From the NCBI GenBank assembly GCA_049600935.1, contig JBMYQB010000003.1, positions 9,113 through 73,112 on the forward strand: a DNA stretch of 64,000 bases, given 5' to 3'. Shown piece by piece: positions 17,626-27,550 of this stretch. Both the position numbers and the translations under genes were made by a program. Within the stretch, counting starts at the first letter, position 1. Each line of letters begins with the position of its first letter. The notes beneath the pieces are model-generated. The model was not told where the DNA came from, searched no databases, and saw only the letters and a program-made list of their open reading frames with translations. This DNA is from Poseidonia sp. Lineage in GTDB: Archaea > Thermoplasmatota > Poseidoniia > Poseidoniales > Poseidoniaceae.

Positions 17626-20280
17626 ATGGAGTGTGCAACGATGTCAAAACGAGGGATGATGGACCAGTTCTTTGACATCAAAGAACATCATCCCGATACC
17701 GTCCTCTTCTTCCGAATGGGCGACTTCTACGAGTTGTTTCACGACGATGCAGAGGTCGCTTCCGAGGTGCTCGGATTATCGCTGACCTCACGCGACAAAA
17801 ACGCCGAGGAACCCATCCCGATGGCTGGCTTTCCCTGGCACGGCCTCGAGGAACATCTACGCACCATGCTTCGAGCGGGATACAAAGTGACCGTGGCCGA
17901 ACAGGAAGAGGAGTTGAGGCCAGGCGCCAAACTGCTCGAACGGGTGGTCACCCGAGTGTACACGCCGGGCAGTCTCTACGAGGAGGGTCTTCTGGAGGGC
18001 GACGAACAGTCGCTGCTGGCATCGGTTGTCACAGGACCTGACACCTTGGGTCTCGCTGTGCTCGATGCCTCGACTGGAAAGGCTTGGGCGTGCACCCACG
18101 ATGGCCCTGACCGATTTGTACGCCTTCAGGATGACCTGCTCCGTTGGCAACCGAGTGAACTGGTCGTGTCTCCAAAAGACGCCGCAAACGAGCAGTTGGC
18201 TGCCCTTTTCCCGCTTCTTGACGCCACCATGATCAGCCAACACCAACTCAGTCAATCAAAACGTGAAGAGCGGTTGCGGACGATGCTCGACGTGGCGGAT
18301 TTGGGTCACCTCGACCTTGACCACGCACCGCAGGCGATTTCTGCCACGGGATTGGCTGCGGATTATTTGGCAACGGTTCACCTTCGAGCGGATGTTCCAC
18401 TCCAAGATGTTGAGCTTGTAGAGGAACAGGGCCATCTCTTGCTGGACCAAACCACCTTGAGGAATCTGGAATTAACATCCACGCTCGCAGGGGAATACGA
18501 TGGAAGCCTGCTCTCAACCTTGAATCGATGCCGTACGGCGATGGGGAGGCGGCTGTTGAAGACCTGGGTGCTTCACCCTTTGTCGGATATTGAGGCCATT
18601 CAGACTCGTCATCAAGCGGTTGGAACCTTGTCCCGTTCTGCACGACGACTTGACGGCATGCGGGCATCGTTGAAAGGCATCCGTGACATGGAACGTTTGG
18701 CAACACAACTGGCCTATCAACGCAGCAACGCCCGAGATTTGGTCGCCACCGCCCATGCGCTGGAGCGGATGCCGGGCTTGGCCCAGTGGTGCGTGGACAG
18801 CCAAGACCCGTTGCTGAACCACCTCAGCCAAGGATTGGACCAACTTGATGACATGAGGAAGACGATTCATGACACGCTCAACCAAGAGGCTCCCCTTGGT
18901 TTGCGAGACGGAGGATTGCTTCGGGCGGGTGTAGACGAGGAAGTTGACCGTCTTCGAGCCGTCACCTCGGAAGGCAAAGCATGGTTTACGAACCTCGAAA
19001 AGAAGCTCCGTGAGGAACTTTCTATTCCGTCGTTGAAGGTGAAAAACAATCGACAGGTCGGCTGGTATATCGAGGTTACACAAACGCATGCCGATAAGGT
19101 ACCGGAGGATTGGCGGCGAAAACAGCAGTTGACCAACGGATCACGCTACACCACCGAAGAGTTGGTTGAGCGAGACGACCTGTTGCTCACCGCTGATTCA
19201 AAACTCAAAGAGCTCGAGTACAGGCGATTTCTTGAATTGCGGACTTACTGCGGCAATCACGCTTCAATCCTCGCCGATATTGCACGACGAGTTGCCTCGA
19301 TTGACGTGCTCCAATGCTTCGCTTCGGTGAGCAGGGAGCGGGGTTGGACCAAACCTGAAATGAGCGACAAACACATCATCAAGCTTGAAGGCGCCCGGCA
19401 TCCGGTTTTGGAGTCCCAATCGGGCTTTGTCCCCAATGATGTCATCATGAATAAACAGCGAAGTTTCCTACTCATAACGGGGCCGAACATGGGTGGAAAA
19501 TCGACCTATTTACGCACCGTCGCCCTCGTTACGGTGCTCGCACAGTCAGGTTGCTTCGTCCCCGCCAATCATGCCAAAGTCGGCCTCGTCGACCGTATTT
19601 TCACTCGGGTTGGGGCGAGCGATGACCTCAAGCGAGGGCGTTCAACCTTCATGATGGAAATGATCGAAGTGGCTCACATCTTGAAACGAGCCACAGCCCG
19701 TTCGTTGGTCCTGTTGGATGAAATCGGTCGAGGAACATCCACCTTTGATGGCCTCTCGATTGCGTGGTCGGTCACCGAAGACATCTGCGTTCGCCTTGGC
19801 TCCCGTACCCTCTTTGCTACCCATTATCACCAATTGATTGGCCTTGAGAACGAAGTTGATGGCCTGTGTAACGTACATGTTCAAGTGGCGCAGGTGGACG
19901 GGAGCCTGCGTTTCCTTCACACCGTTGCCGACGGACCGTGCGATGATTCCTACGGCGTTCAAGTCGCTGCACTGGCGGGTCTGCCGAGGAATGTTGTTGA
20001 ACGTGCGAGCGACCTCTTGGCGTTTCTTGAACAGCAAGCAGGTGGAGCAAAGGCAGGTGAGCACGGAGCTCCACAATCAAGAGATGCAGGTCAAGCGAGC
20101 CTCATGGGTTATTTTGCCGCTGCAGCAATGAAAACGACGGAACCTGTGGCAAACGCTCGCCCGCCTCAAGAAGAACAAACGCTGCAGCGCCTGCGTGAGA
20201 CGCAGGTGGACGAACTCAGCCCCCGACAAGCGCTGGATGTGCTTTACGCGCTGAAACAACATCTGGAGGATGGGTCATGA
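17626..20280 (+). CDS. mutS: DNA mismatch repair protein MutS (bacterial type, MutS1)
   Basis: 884-aa ORF. N-terminal mismatch-binding motif FRMGDFYELFHDDA. Walker A GPNMGGKST. Conserved DELGRGTS and the ST..THYHEL signature of the MutS ABC ATPase. Probable start MSKRGMM at 17641. Confidence 0.9.
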   Translation: MECATMSKRGMMDQFFDIKEHHPDTVLFFRMGDFYELFHDDAEVASEVLGLSLTSRDKNAEEPIPMAGFPWHGLEEHLRTMLRAGYKVTVAEQEEELRPGAKLLERVVTRVYTPGSLYEEGLLEGDEQSLLASVVTGPDTLGLAVLDASTGKAWACTHDGPDRFVRLQDDLLRWQPSELVVSPKDAANEQLAALFPLLDATMISQHQLSQSKREERLRTMLDVADLGHLDLDHAPQAISATGLAADYLATVHLRADVPLQDVELVEEQGHLLLDQTTLRNLELTSTLAGEYDGSLLSTLNRCRTAMGRRLLKTWVLHPLSDIEAIQTRHQAVGTLSRSARRLDGMRASLKGIRDMERLATQLAYQRSNARDLVATAHALERMPGLAQWCVDSQDPLLNHLSQGLDQLDDMRKTIHDTLNQEAPLGLRDGGLLRAGVDEEVDRLRAVTSEGKAWFTNLEKKLREELSIPSLKVKNNRQVGWYIEVTQTHADKVPEDWRRKQQLTNGSRYTTEELVERDDLLLTADSKLKELEYRRFLELRTYCGNHASILADIARRVASIDVLQCFASVSRERGWTKPEMSDKHIIKLEGARHPVLESQSGFVPNDVIMNKQRSFLLITGPNMGGKSTYLRTVALVTVLAQSGCFVPANHAKVGLVDRIFTRVGASDDLKRGRSTFMMEMIEVAHILKRATARSLVLLDEIGRGTSTFDGLSIAWSVTEDICVRLGSRTLFATHYHQLIGLENEVDGLCNVHVQVAQVDGSLRFLHTVADGPCDDSYGVQVAALAGLPRNVVERASDLLAFLEQQAGGAKAGEHGAPQSRDAGQASLMGYFAAAAMKTTEPVANARPPQEEQTLQRLRETQVDELSPRQALDVLYALKQHLEDGS

Positions 20281-22295
20281 AGCCTCAAAAAATCAGGCAA
20301 CTCGACGAGGCGACCATCGGCTTCATCGCTGCAGGCGAAGTGGTGGAACGGCCAGCACAGGTGGTCAAGGAATTGATTGAAAACAGCCTCGATGCAGGTT
20401 CGACCTCGATCGTGATCACGGTTGAGCGAGGAGGTTTCGACCGCCTGGTTGTTGAAGACAACGGAAGCGGAATTGACGAAAACGACCTCTCGTTGGCGCT
20501 CGACCGGCACGCGACCTCCAAATTGAATACGAAAGACGACCTCTCTTCCATCGTGTCGCTTGGTTTTCGAGGAGAAGCCTTGGCCAGTATCGGCATGGTT
20601 TCAAAACTCCAAATTGCGAGCAAACCCGCCGATGCTCGAGGAGCGAGCATTATCATGGAAGACGGTGTAAAATCTCAGGTCCAACCCTATGGCATGGCGA
20701 ACGGGACCGTGATTTCGGTTGAGCATCTCTTTCAGAACACACCCGCTCGGCTCGCCTTCCAGCGACGTCCAGAAACCGAAACAGCCCGAATTGTCGACGT
20801 TGTGGTTGACCACGCATTGGCTCATCCAGGGTGCAGTTTTCATCTCAAAACCGAGCGGCGGAGCCTCCTCAATGTACCGGCCACCGAGAGCATGCTTGAC
20901 CGTCTTTACGACATCATGGGAGCACAAGCCACCGATCTCGTTGAACTCCAACTTCCTCCTGAGGACGAAGAAGCGCCCGGTGAAGAGCGATGGAGTGGAT
21001 GGATCAGCACGCCGGACATCACCCGAGGGAAAGGTGATGACATTCACGTCCTCATCAATCAACGCCCGGTCGCCGCAGGCCCGTTCCTTCAAGCCATTCG
21101 AAGAGGGTACAAAACCCGTCTGATGCACGGAAGGCATCCGTTGGCGGTGGTCAATCTCCAATGTCCTCCAAGCGAGGTTGATGTCAACGTCCACCCCACC
21201 AAACGCGAGGTGCGATTGCGCCATTCTTGGCGCGTCCTGGAGCGTTTGGAACGGGCGATTGCCCATACGCTTGAAGCCGTACCTACCGAACCCGATGCGA
21301 CGGGCGGCATACCCGGTCTTCAAGGACTTTCCAGCGGACAGGACATTAAGCCAGTTGAAACTTACTTCAAGCCAAATGGAGTTGAATCCACTCCACAGCC
21401 TTCGCTTGCCACCGCTGCGGGCATGGCAGCCGCACCTCAAACGCCCACGGAACCCTCTCGAGCATCGCCCCCCGCCTGGGCGGTTGCCGCAGGGAAACAA
21501 CTCAATCTGGTCGGCCATGAGGCAGAAGAACTCGAAAAACCAGAGAAAGACCGCCCCGTCTCTGCTTCCCCGCTTGGTCAACGAGTGCTGCCTGATTTAC
21601 CGGATGCACCAATGGCGGCGGCCTTGTCTTCGGCCGAACGAACGCTCCATCGGCATGCAGGAAGCGGAACCACCGCTCGTCCAAACGAGGAAGCACCCCT
21701 TGAAGGCGTGCTCAATGACCTGCCTCACATGGAACCGCTGGCTCAGTTTGCTGATTCCTATATCTTGGTTCAAGCCGAAGATGAACTGCTCCTCATTGAC
21801 CAACATGCACTCCATGAGCGTGTTCGATACGAACGCTTACGGCACAGCGGGCAAGCATGGGAACCTCAACGACGCCTTGAGCCACTGAAGTTGGACCTCG
21901 ATGCGCGACAATCAGCGCTGGTGGATGCTCACCATGAACGCCTGCATGAGCTCGGCTTTCACATGAACAAAAATGACGAGGCCTGGACCCTTCTGGCTTC
22001 ACCTCAACTGCTTGGTGGCGATGAAGTGAAACCTTTCCTTCTTGATTTACTCCAAGACCTTGCGCTTGACGGGGGTCCGCTTGAAACGTTGGAGGCCAAG
22101 AAAGACCATATCGCCTTCATGAATGCCTGTCGGGGTGCGGTGAAAGCCAACGAATCGATGTCCCTACCTGAAATGCGTCGCTTGCTGGATGACATGCGTC
22201 GTATCCAGAACCCTTGGGCCTGCGTTCACGGACGACCCACCTCACTACGGATCTCCATTGACAGTCTCGACCATCATTTTGGTCGCCACGGTTGA
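20277..22295 (+). CDS. mutL: DNA mismatch repair protein MutL
   Basis: 672-aa ORF overlapping the mutS stop by 4 nt (ATGA). GHKL ATPase N-terminus (VKELIENSLDAGSTSI, DNGSGI). Pro/Ala-rich linker. C-terminal dimerisation domain. Confidence 0.85.
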   Translation: MKPQKIRQLDEATIGFIAAGEVVERPAQVVKELIENSLDAGSTSIVITVERGGFDRLVVEDNGSGIDENDLSLALDRHATSKLNTKDDLSSIVSLGFRGEALASIGMVSKLQIASKPADARGASIIMEDGVKSQVQPYGMANGTVISVEHLFQNTPARLAFQRRPETETARIVDVVVDHALAHPGCSFHLKTERRSLLNVPATESMLDRLYDIMGAQATDLVELQLPPEDEEAPGEERWSGWISTPDITRGKGDDIHVLINQRPVAAGPFLQAIRRGYKTRLMHGRHPLAVVNLQCPPSEVDVNVHPTKREVRLRHSWRVLERLERAIAHTLEAVPTEPDATGGIPGLQGLSSGQDIKPVETYFKPNGVESTPQPSLATAAGMAAAPQTPTEPSRASPPAWAVAAGKQLNLVGHEAEELEKPEKDRPVSASPLGQRVLPDLPDAPMAAALSSAERTLHRHAGSGTTARPNEEAPLEGVLNDLPHMEPLAQFADSYILVQAEDELLLIDQHALHERVRYERLRHSGQAWEPQRRLEPLKLDLDARQSALVDAHHERLHELGFHMNKNDEAWTLLASPQLLGGDEVKPFLLDLLQDLALDGGPLETLEAKKDHIAFMNACRGAVKANESMSLPEMRRLLDDMRRIQNPWACVHGRPTSLRISIDSLDHHFGRHG

Positions 22296-22296
22296 T

Positions 22297-23715
22297 TCAC
22301 CACGGTTGATGCAACACCGCTTTCACGCCCACGCCGGCTTCCTTCCAACGGTCCACACCCTCGGGGTCGGCCACCTCGTGAAGATCTGAGCCCTCAACGA
22401 GGACCGTACTGGTACACCCCATGGCCAGGACCAACGCTGTCATTTGCATCCGGTGATCTCCGTAGGTTTCAACGAGTCCCTTCGGTTGCTGAAGGCGTTG
22501 TCCGCCCACAACCACCAACTCACCCTCTTCGAAGGACGAACGCAGCCCAAACTGCTCCAACAACGCTACCGTACCGTGGGTACGGTCCGTTTCCTTGAAC
22601 GCTGCATGCTTGGCGCCGACGATGCGTCCACCTTTTCCAAGCGCTAATAACGCTGCCAAGGGCGTGATGAGGTCATTGGCATGGCGCAGGTCAACCTCCA
22701 CCGATTCTGCAGAGGTTGTTGCTGAAATCTTACCCTCGTTGATGCTCAAACCCAACGCTTCAACCAAGTCAAGGAGGACTTCATGCCCGATGGCATCCGC
22801 AGGGTCTGGCATTGAATCAATCTCGATAATTCCACCCGTGACTCGGGCTGCAAGAAACGCAAAGGCGAGCATGGAAGCGTCCCGAGGAATGTCAACGGCG
22901 GTGTCAATGGAAGGCGTCCAAGGCGCCACGTGGCCGTCGTGAAGCCCAGGAGCAGCCCCTGACTGCTCGCAGAGGTCTTTGGTCAAGCCGCTGTGCCGCA
23001 AGGAAACACCTTCGCCCACATCAACAAGACGCATGGCGTTAGGCAATGCCGGTGAGGCCAGTAGCCATGCTGTGGTAGGTTGGCTTGACGTCGACACGTC
23101 AAGACGGAGTTCTGCGGGAGGTTTCCAAGGCCCTTCAACGAGAAGTGGGAGGCCCTCAACATCAGCCCCATGAGAGACGCTCACGCCCATGGCCACGAGC
23201 GAATCGACCATCGTTTGATGATTTCTCGAACGCAACGAGGCATCACCATCAACCATAACGGGGACATCAAAGCGGGCACACAGCGCCATCAAAATCCGAA
23301 GGGCTGTTCCAGAATTACCAGCGTGTAGAACGCTGATTGGAGGCGTGAAACCGTGAGGGCCAACGCCGTGAATCAACCATGCATCACTTCCTTTTGCGGG
23401 CTGGTCGTCGAGGTTACTGTGGATGCTGAGTGGTTGCCCCTCTGCGCTGATGTCCGAAACCCTCACACCCATTTGCCCCAAGCAACGGCGCATGGAAACA
23501 ATGTCCTGTCCCGCGTTGGCCATGCCGTTGAGGGTGATGTTTTGGTTGGATTGGGCGGCCAATGCGAGCCATCGGATGACGTGGCTCTTGGACGGCGGTA
23601 GCCTCCATAGAATCCTTTCTATAGAGTCTTTTGGAGTGATTTCCAAAGCAGGAACAAGGCTCCCCATGCCGTCTTTGACGGAGGGTGACCACCTCTTCAC
23701 CCAAGCCTTGCCCAT
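22297..23715 (-). CDS. aroA: 3-phosphoshikimate 1-carboxyvinyltransferase (EPSP synthase, AroA)
   Basis: 472-aa ORF. N-terminal LPPSKSHVIRWLALAAQS...ITLNGMANAGQDIVSMRRCLGQMG matches the EPSP synthase/enolpyruvyl transferase signature (LPGSKS..R.L.LAAL). MurA is a less likely alternative. A 3-dehydroquinate dehydratase gene lies elsewhere in the window. Confidence 0.7.
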   Translation of the reverse strand: MGKAWVKRWSPSVKDGMGSLVPALEITPKDSIERILWRLPPSKSHVIRWLALAAQSNQNITLNGMANAGQDIVSMRRCLGQMGVRVSDISAEGQPLSIHSNLDDQPAKGSDAWLIHGVGPHGFTPPISVLHAGNSGTALRILMALCARFDVPVMVDGDASLRSRNHQTMVDSLVAMGVSVSHGADVEGLPLLVEGPWKPPAELRLDVSTSSQPTTAWLLASPALPNAMRLVDVGEGVSLRHSGLTKDLCEQSGAAPGLHDGHVAPWTPSIDTAVDIPRDASMLAFAFLAARVTGGIIEIDSMPDPADAIGHEVLLDLVEALGLSINEGKISATTSAESVEVDLRHANDLITPLAALLALGKGGRIVGAKHAAFKETDRTHGTVALLEQFGLRSSFEEGELVVVGGQRLQQPKGLVETYGDHRMQMTALVLAMGCTSTVLVEGSDLHEVADPEGVDRWKEAGVGVKAVLHQPW

Positions 23716-23788
23716 GATGACGGCTCCCCTGTGCCCGTCATGAACCCTTGCAATACAGATTCAAGAACCGTGGAGGTCTCCACGAACC

Positions 23789-24796
23789 ATGACCCTCGTG
23801 GACGCCTTCAATCGTCCGTTGAGGGACCTGCGTATCTCGGTGACCGACCGGTGTAATTTCAGATGCACCTATTGCATGCCGAGGGAGCACTTCGGTCCGG
23901 AACACCCCTTCCTGCCACGGGACGAGTTGCTCTCCTACGAGGAAATTTGCTTCGTGGTATCCTCACTGCTCTCCTGCGGACTGCGTAAAGTCAGGCTGAC
24001 GGGGGGTGAGCCGCTGTTGCGAAGGGACCTCACGGAACTGATCTCCATGCTCCGTGAAACAGGACCTGAACTCGACATCGCTCTGACCACCAACGGTGCC
24101 TTGCTCAATGCACACGCCAGCGCGCTTCACGATGCGGGTTTGGACAGAGTCACCGTCAGCCTTGATGCCATAAACGAAGCAACTTTCCAAGCCATGTCGG
24201 ATACGAAACAGTTCACTCCGGGCTCAATTCTTGAAGGCATTGAGGCAGCGAAAAAGGTTGGCCTTTTTGTCAAAGTGAATGCCGTCATCCGAAAAGGGGT
24301 GAACGAGGACCAAATTGTCCCGCTCGCTCGTGCGTGCATCGAACTTGGAGTCTCGTTGAGGTTCATCGAATACATGGATGTCGGGAACACCAACGCATGG
24401 AACGTCGACGAGGTTGTATCCGGTTCGGATATTCGCAACGTGATTGAGCGTGAATTCGGAGCCCTAACCGCCGAGCCTCCGAAGCACATCGGGGAAGTCG
24501 CCAGGCGCTATCGCCTTGATTCGGGATACGAATTTGGGTTCATCGAATCCGTTTCAAATCCGTTTTGTGGGGATTGTTCGCGTGCACGGCTTTCGGCCAA
24601 CGGGTCGCTTTACACCTGCCTCTTTTCTTCGGTGGGCCATGATTTGAAGGGTTTGCTTCGATTTGGCGCCGAGGAAGGGGATGTTGCAGAAGCCGTCAGA
24701 GCGATATGGCAACGACGCGATGACCGATATTCGATGGAGCGAAGCACGGTGTCAAACAACCTCGACAAGGTTGAGATGTCCTTTATCGGCGGCTGA
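23789..24796 (+). CDS. moaA: GTP 3',8-cyclase MoaA (radical SAM, molybdenum cofactor biosynthesis)
   Basis: 335-aa ORF. Radical-SAM CxxxCxxC (DRCNFRCTYCMP). GGEPLLR. C-terminal second-cluster Cys motif (CGDCSRARLSANG). Confidence 0.9.
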   Translation: MTLVDAFNRPLRDLRISVTDRCNFRCTYCMPREHFGPEHPFLPRDELLSYEEICFVVSSLLSCGLRKVRLTGGEPLLRRDLTELISMLRETGPELDIALTTNGALLNAHASALHDAGLDRVTVSLDAINEATFQAMSDTKQFTPGSILEGIEAAKKVGLFVKVNAVIRKGVNEDQIVPLARACIELGVSLRFIEYMDVGNTNAWNVDEVVSGSDIRNVIEREFGALTAEPPKHIGEVARRYRLDSGYEFGFIESVSNPFCGDCSRARLSANGSLYTCLFSSVGHDLKGLLRFGAEEGDVAEAVRAIWQRRDDRYSMERSTVSNNLDKVEMSFIGG

Positions 24797-24799
24797 CCT

Positions 24800-25291
24800 T
24801 CAGGTCATGGCCGGGAGAGAGATGTCAACGATGAGAGCATTCGAGGTTTGCTCCACCAACCGGAACCGCCACGTACCGTCGTCCGCTCCAATGGTTTCTG
24901 AGTCGATGACAAAGTAGTCCCCTTGGGTCACCGAATACCCAGCGTCTCTGTCGTGGAACGAAATGTTGGTGCCGATTACGCCGTATACATCGGCATCCGA
25001 GACCTGGCCACGAAGAGGGAGTGATTCGGTAATGTTGGCAGGAAGCAGGTCGTACTGCAACCTCGCAGGGTCGATGGACTGGTCAAGGCTGGTGATTCGC
25101 ACAACATGGAAACCGTTGTCGAGGGCTCGTACACTCACGGTGGCCTGCGGTGCAGATTTCTCAACCGTGGTCAATGCCCCCTGCATCAGGACGAAGACCA
25201 TGCTCGAAAGCATGACCGTGATGGCAAGAAGCAGAACCGTTGCGATGACGGGACTGACCGCTTCTTCATCACGTCGGGCCGACCCTCGCAT
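24800..25291 (-). CDS. archaeal type IV pilin-like protein (class III signal peptide)
   Basis: 163-aa ORF. N-terminus RGSARRDEEAVSPVIATVLLLAITVMLSSMVFVL is a charged leader followed by a prepilin-peptidase-type hydrophobic helix, as in archaeal pilins/archaellins (DUF361-like). Then a beta-rich domain. Confidence 0.65.
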   Translation of the reverse strand: MRGSARRDEEAVSPVIATVLLLAITVMLSSMVFVLMQGALTTVEKSAPQATVSVRALDNGFHVVRITSLDQSIDPARLQYDLLPANITESLPLRGQVSDADVYGVIGTNISFHDRDAGYSVTQGDYFVIDSETIGADDGTWRFRLVEQTSNALIVDISLPAMT

Positions 25292-25360
25292 GAATTCACC
25301 ACGGTGTCAAATCACTTGAACACACCGATGCTTTCTCGGCCAGCGAACGGGTTTCGAGCC

Positions 25361-26506
25361 TCAGAACAGCCACAGCGGTTTTTCACATTCCATGGCTCGC
25401 TTGATACCGCCAATGGGACCGAGGCATCGAAGAATCAACTCGGTGAGAACATCGCCTCGCATGAAGGCATAGCCCAGGTTTTTGCTGCGAAGCGAGTTCT
25501 TCAGTGCTGGGCCCATGGATGCACGAACCTTGTCTTCGTAGGTTGAAAGGGGCGTCTTGTTCGTGATGTGGTCAACGATGGCCTCTGCGGCAAAACAACC
25601 TGAAATGATGGCTTGACTGATCCCCCCTCCGTTGCTTGGCATCACCAGCCCTGCCGCATCACCAACGGCCAGCGTGGTGCCATCAACCATTTGTTTGACC
25701 GGTCCACCCATGGGAATCCATCCACCACCAAAGGAGACGATTTCAAGATTCAAATCGGCGCAAAAACGCTCCAAATGACCTTTGAGGTCGCCTTTGAGTT
25801 TTCCAGCCCGAACGCCCAGGCCCACATTCGCAAACCCCGGACCCTTTGGGATGATCCAGGCATAACCTGAGGGTGCAATAGAACCGAGGAAGACATCGAA
25901 CGTCTCAGGCACATCGCCCTTGACCTGTGCATAAACGGTAGGCACTTGGTCCTCAGGACGGAAGGCTGGGTCTTGCCCGTGCTTGAGTCGCCCGACGTGA
26001 GCCAAGCTTCCCGAGGCGTCAATGAGGTAATCGCAAGTGAAGCGGCCCTCGTTGGTCACCAACAATTCACGGTTGGCTTTTCGCTGTCGCTGAATACGTT
26101 TCAGAGACGTCGAAACACGAATCTCTGCGCCTGCACGTACGGCTTTGTCGGCGAGGTAGCCATCAAATTGCAGACGATGGCCTGCGAAAGCATCCAGTCC
26201 GAAATGATAGGATTTGCCTGATGGAAGGAAGACGCGCATGTTGTCGAGCCGATGGAGTTTCAATCGCTCTGGAAACTCAAAATAGGTTTTGAGCCAATCA
26301 TGGTCGTCGAGATGTTTGAACGTCCCGACGACCTCTCCCCAATTGGGAATGCATTCGCCACACTGCGCAGGATTACCAACGATGGAACGCCGTTCCAACA
26401 CCAACACATCAAGACCTTCCTCTGCAAGACGTTGAGCGGCGGCACTGCCGGCAGGCCCAGCACCAACGACGATGACTTGACGATGTTCCGGTTCAGACAC
26501 GGCCAT
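25361..26506 (-). CDS. geranylgeranyl reductase family (digeranylgeranylglycerophospholipid reductase-like) flavoprotein
   Basis: 381-aa ORF with N-terminal FAD Rossmann motif VIVVGAGPAGSAAAQRLAEEGLDVLVLER and the overall GGR-family layout. Confidence 0.8.
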   Translation of the reverse strand: MAVSEPEHRQVIVVGAGPAGSAAAQRLAEEGLDVLVLERRSIVGNPAQCGECIPNWGEVVGTFKHLDDHDWLKTYFEFPERLKLHRLDNMRVFLPSGKSYHFGLDAFAGHRLQFDGYLADKAVRAGAEIRVSTSLKRIQRQRKANRELLVTNEGRFTCDYLIDASGSLAHVGRLKHGQDPAFRPEDQVPTVYAQVKGDVPETFDVFLGSIAPSGYAWIIPKGPGFANVGLGVRAGKLKGDLKGHLERFCADLNLEIVSFGGGWIPMGGPVKQMVDGTTLAVGDAAGLVMPSNGGGISQAIISGCFAAEAIVDHITNKTPLSTYEDKVRASMGPALKNSLRSKNLGYAFMRGDVLTELILRCLGPIGGIKRAMECEKPLWLF

Positions 26507-26515
26507 GCGGACACC

Positions 26516-27505
26516 TCAAGCATGCCGATCTTTGACGATATTTGTGATCAACAACATCAGCTCCTTGGCTTCGCTGTCGGGGAACCATTCCAGTTCGGCT
26601 TGGGCTCGTTCAAGGTGGGTTCGGACGAGAATTTCCACGTAGCCCATGCTGTCAGAACGCTCGAGAAGGGTCATCAATTCATCAAAGCCCTCGTCTGTGA
26701 AATCTTCAATGAGTTCGGAAAGCCGTTCCCGATGTCGACCGTGTGAAAGGGTCAGCGCATGAATGAGCGGAAGGGTCATTTTCCCTTCGTAGACATCGGC
26801 CCCTCGAGGTTTTCCCATGCGCTCATCGCCTCGAAGGTCCAAAAGGTCATCCACGAGTTGGAACGCAATGCCCAATTCCATTCCAAAGCGCTCTAAGGCC
26901 TTGGCCTGGTCGTCATCAAGTCCTGCCACCAAACCAGCAGCGTAGCAACCGGACGCAAACGGACCTGCTGTTTTTCCTTGCACGATGGAAAGGTAGTCTT
27001 CGGGGGACGTGGCAAGATTGAGGACGTGGTCGAGTTGGTGATATTCGGACACGGCGATGTTGGCACAACAACGGGCGATGATGGATACGATTTGGGCAGA
27101 GTACCGTCCACCGAGACCAAAACCCTGTACGAAGAGCCAATCCCCTGCGATAACCGCTTTGGCTTGCCCCGCCTGTGCATGGATGGTGGGTATGCCGCGG
27201 CGTTGTTGGGCTTCGTCGTTGATATCGTCGTGGACCAAGGTGGCGGTGTGAATCAATTCGAACGCCAACGCCAGCGGCATGACATCATCCTGCTTGGTCC
27301 CACCTGCCAGTTGGTAGGCGAGCAAGAAGAGAATGGGCCGAAGGCGCTTGCCGCCTGCATTGAGGACGCGACCCGCTTCAAGAGCCACTTCTCCAGCGCC
27401 GAGGTCAACCTCCGACTGAATCAAATCCTGAAGGGCTTGATTGACCTCGTCACGCATGGATTCGAGAGCCGAGTGAAGCCCCTCCAGATTGCTGCGCACA
27501 ACCAC
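26516..27505 (-). CDS. idsA: polyprenyl diphosphate synthase (geranylgeranyl diphosphate synthase-like)
   Basis: 329-aa ORF. First Asp-rich motif LVHDDINDE and second DD motif (FQLVDDLLD) of trans-isoprenyl diphosphate synthases. Confidence 0.8.
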   Translation of the reverse strand: MVVRSNLEGLHSALESMRDEVNQALQDLIQSEVDLGAGEVALEAGRVLNAGGKRLRPILFLLAYQLAGGTKQDDVMPLALAFELIHTATLVHDDINDEAQQRRGIPTIHAQAGQAKAVIAGDWLFVQGFGLGGRYSAQIVSIIARCCANIAVSEYHQLDHVLNLATSPEDYLSIVQGKTAGPFASGCYAAGLVAGLDDDQAKALERFGMELGIAFQLVDDLLDLRGDERMGKPRGADVYEGKMTLPLIHALTLSHGRHRERLSELIEDFTDEGFDELMTLLERSDSMGYVEILVRTHLERAQAELEWFPDSEAKELMLLITNIVKDRHA

Positions 27506-27550
27506 CCTAGAACGGTGGGCTTCTTAACCGGTCGTCCACGCCCGTGACAT

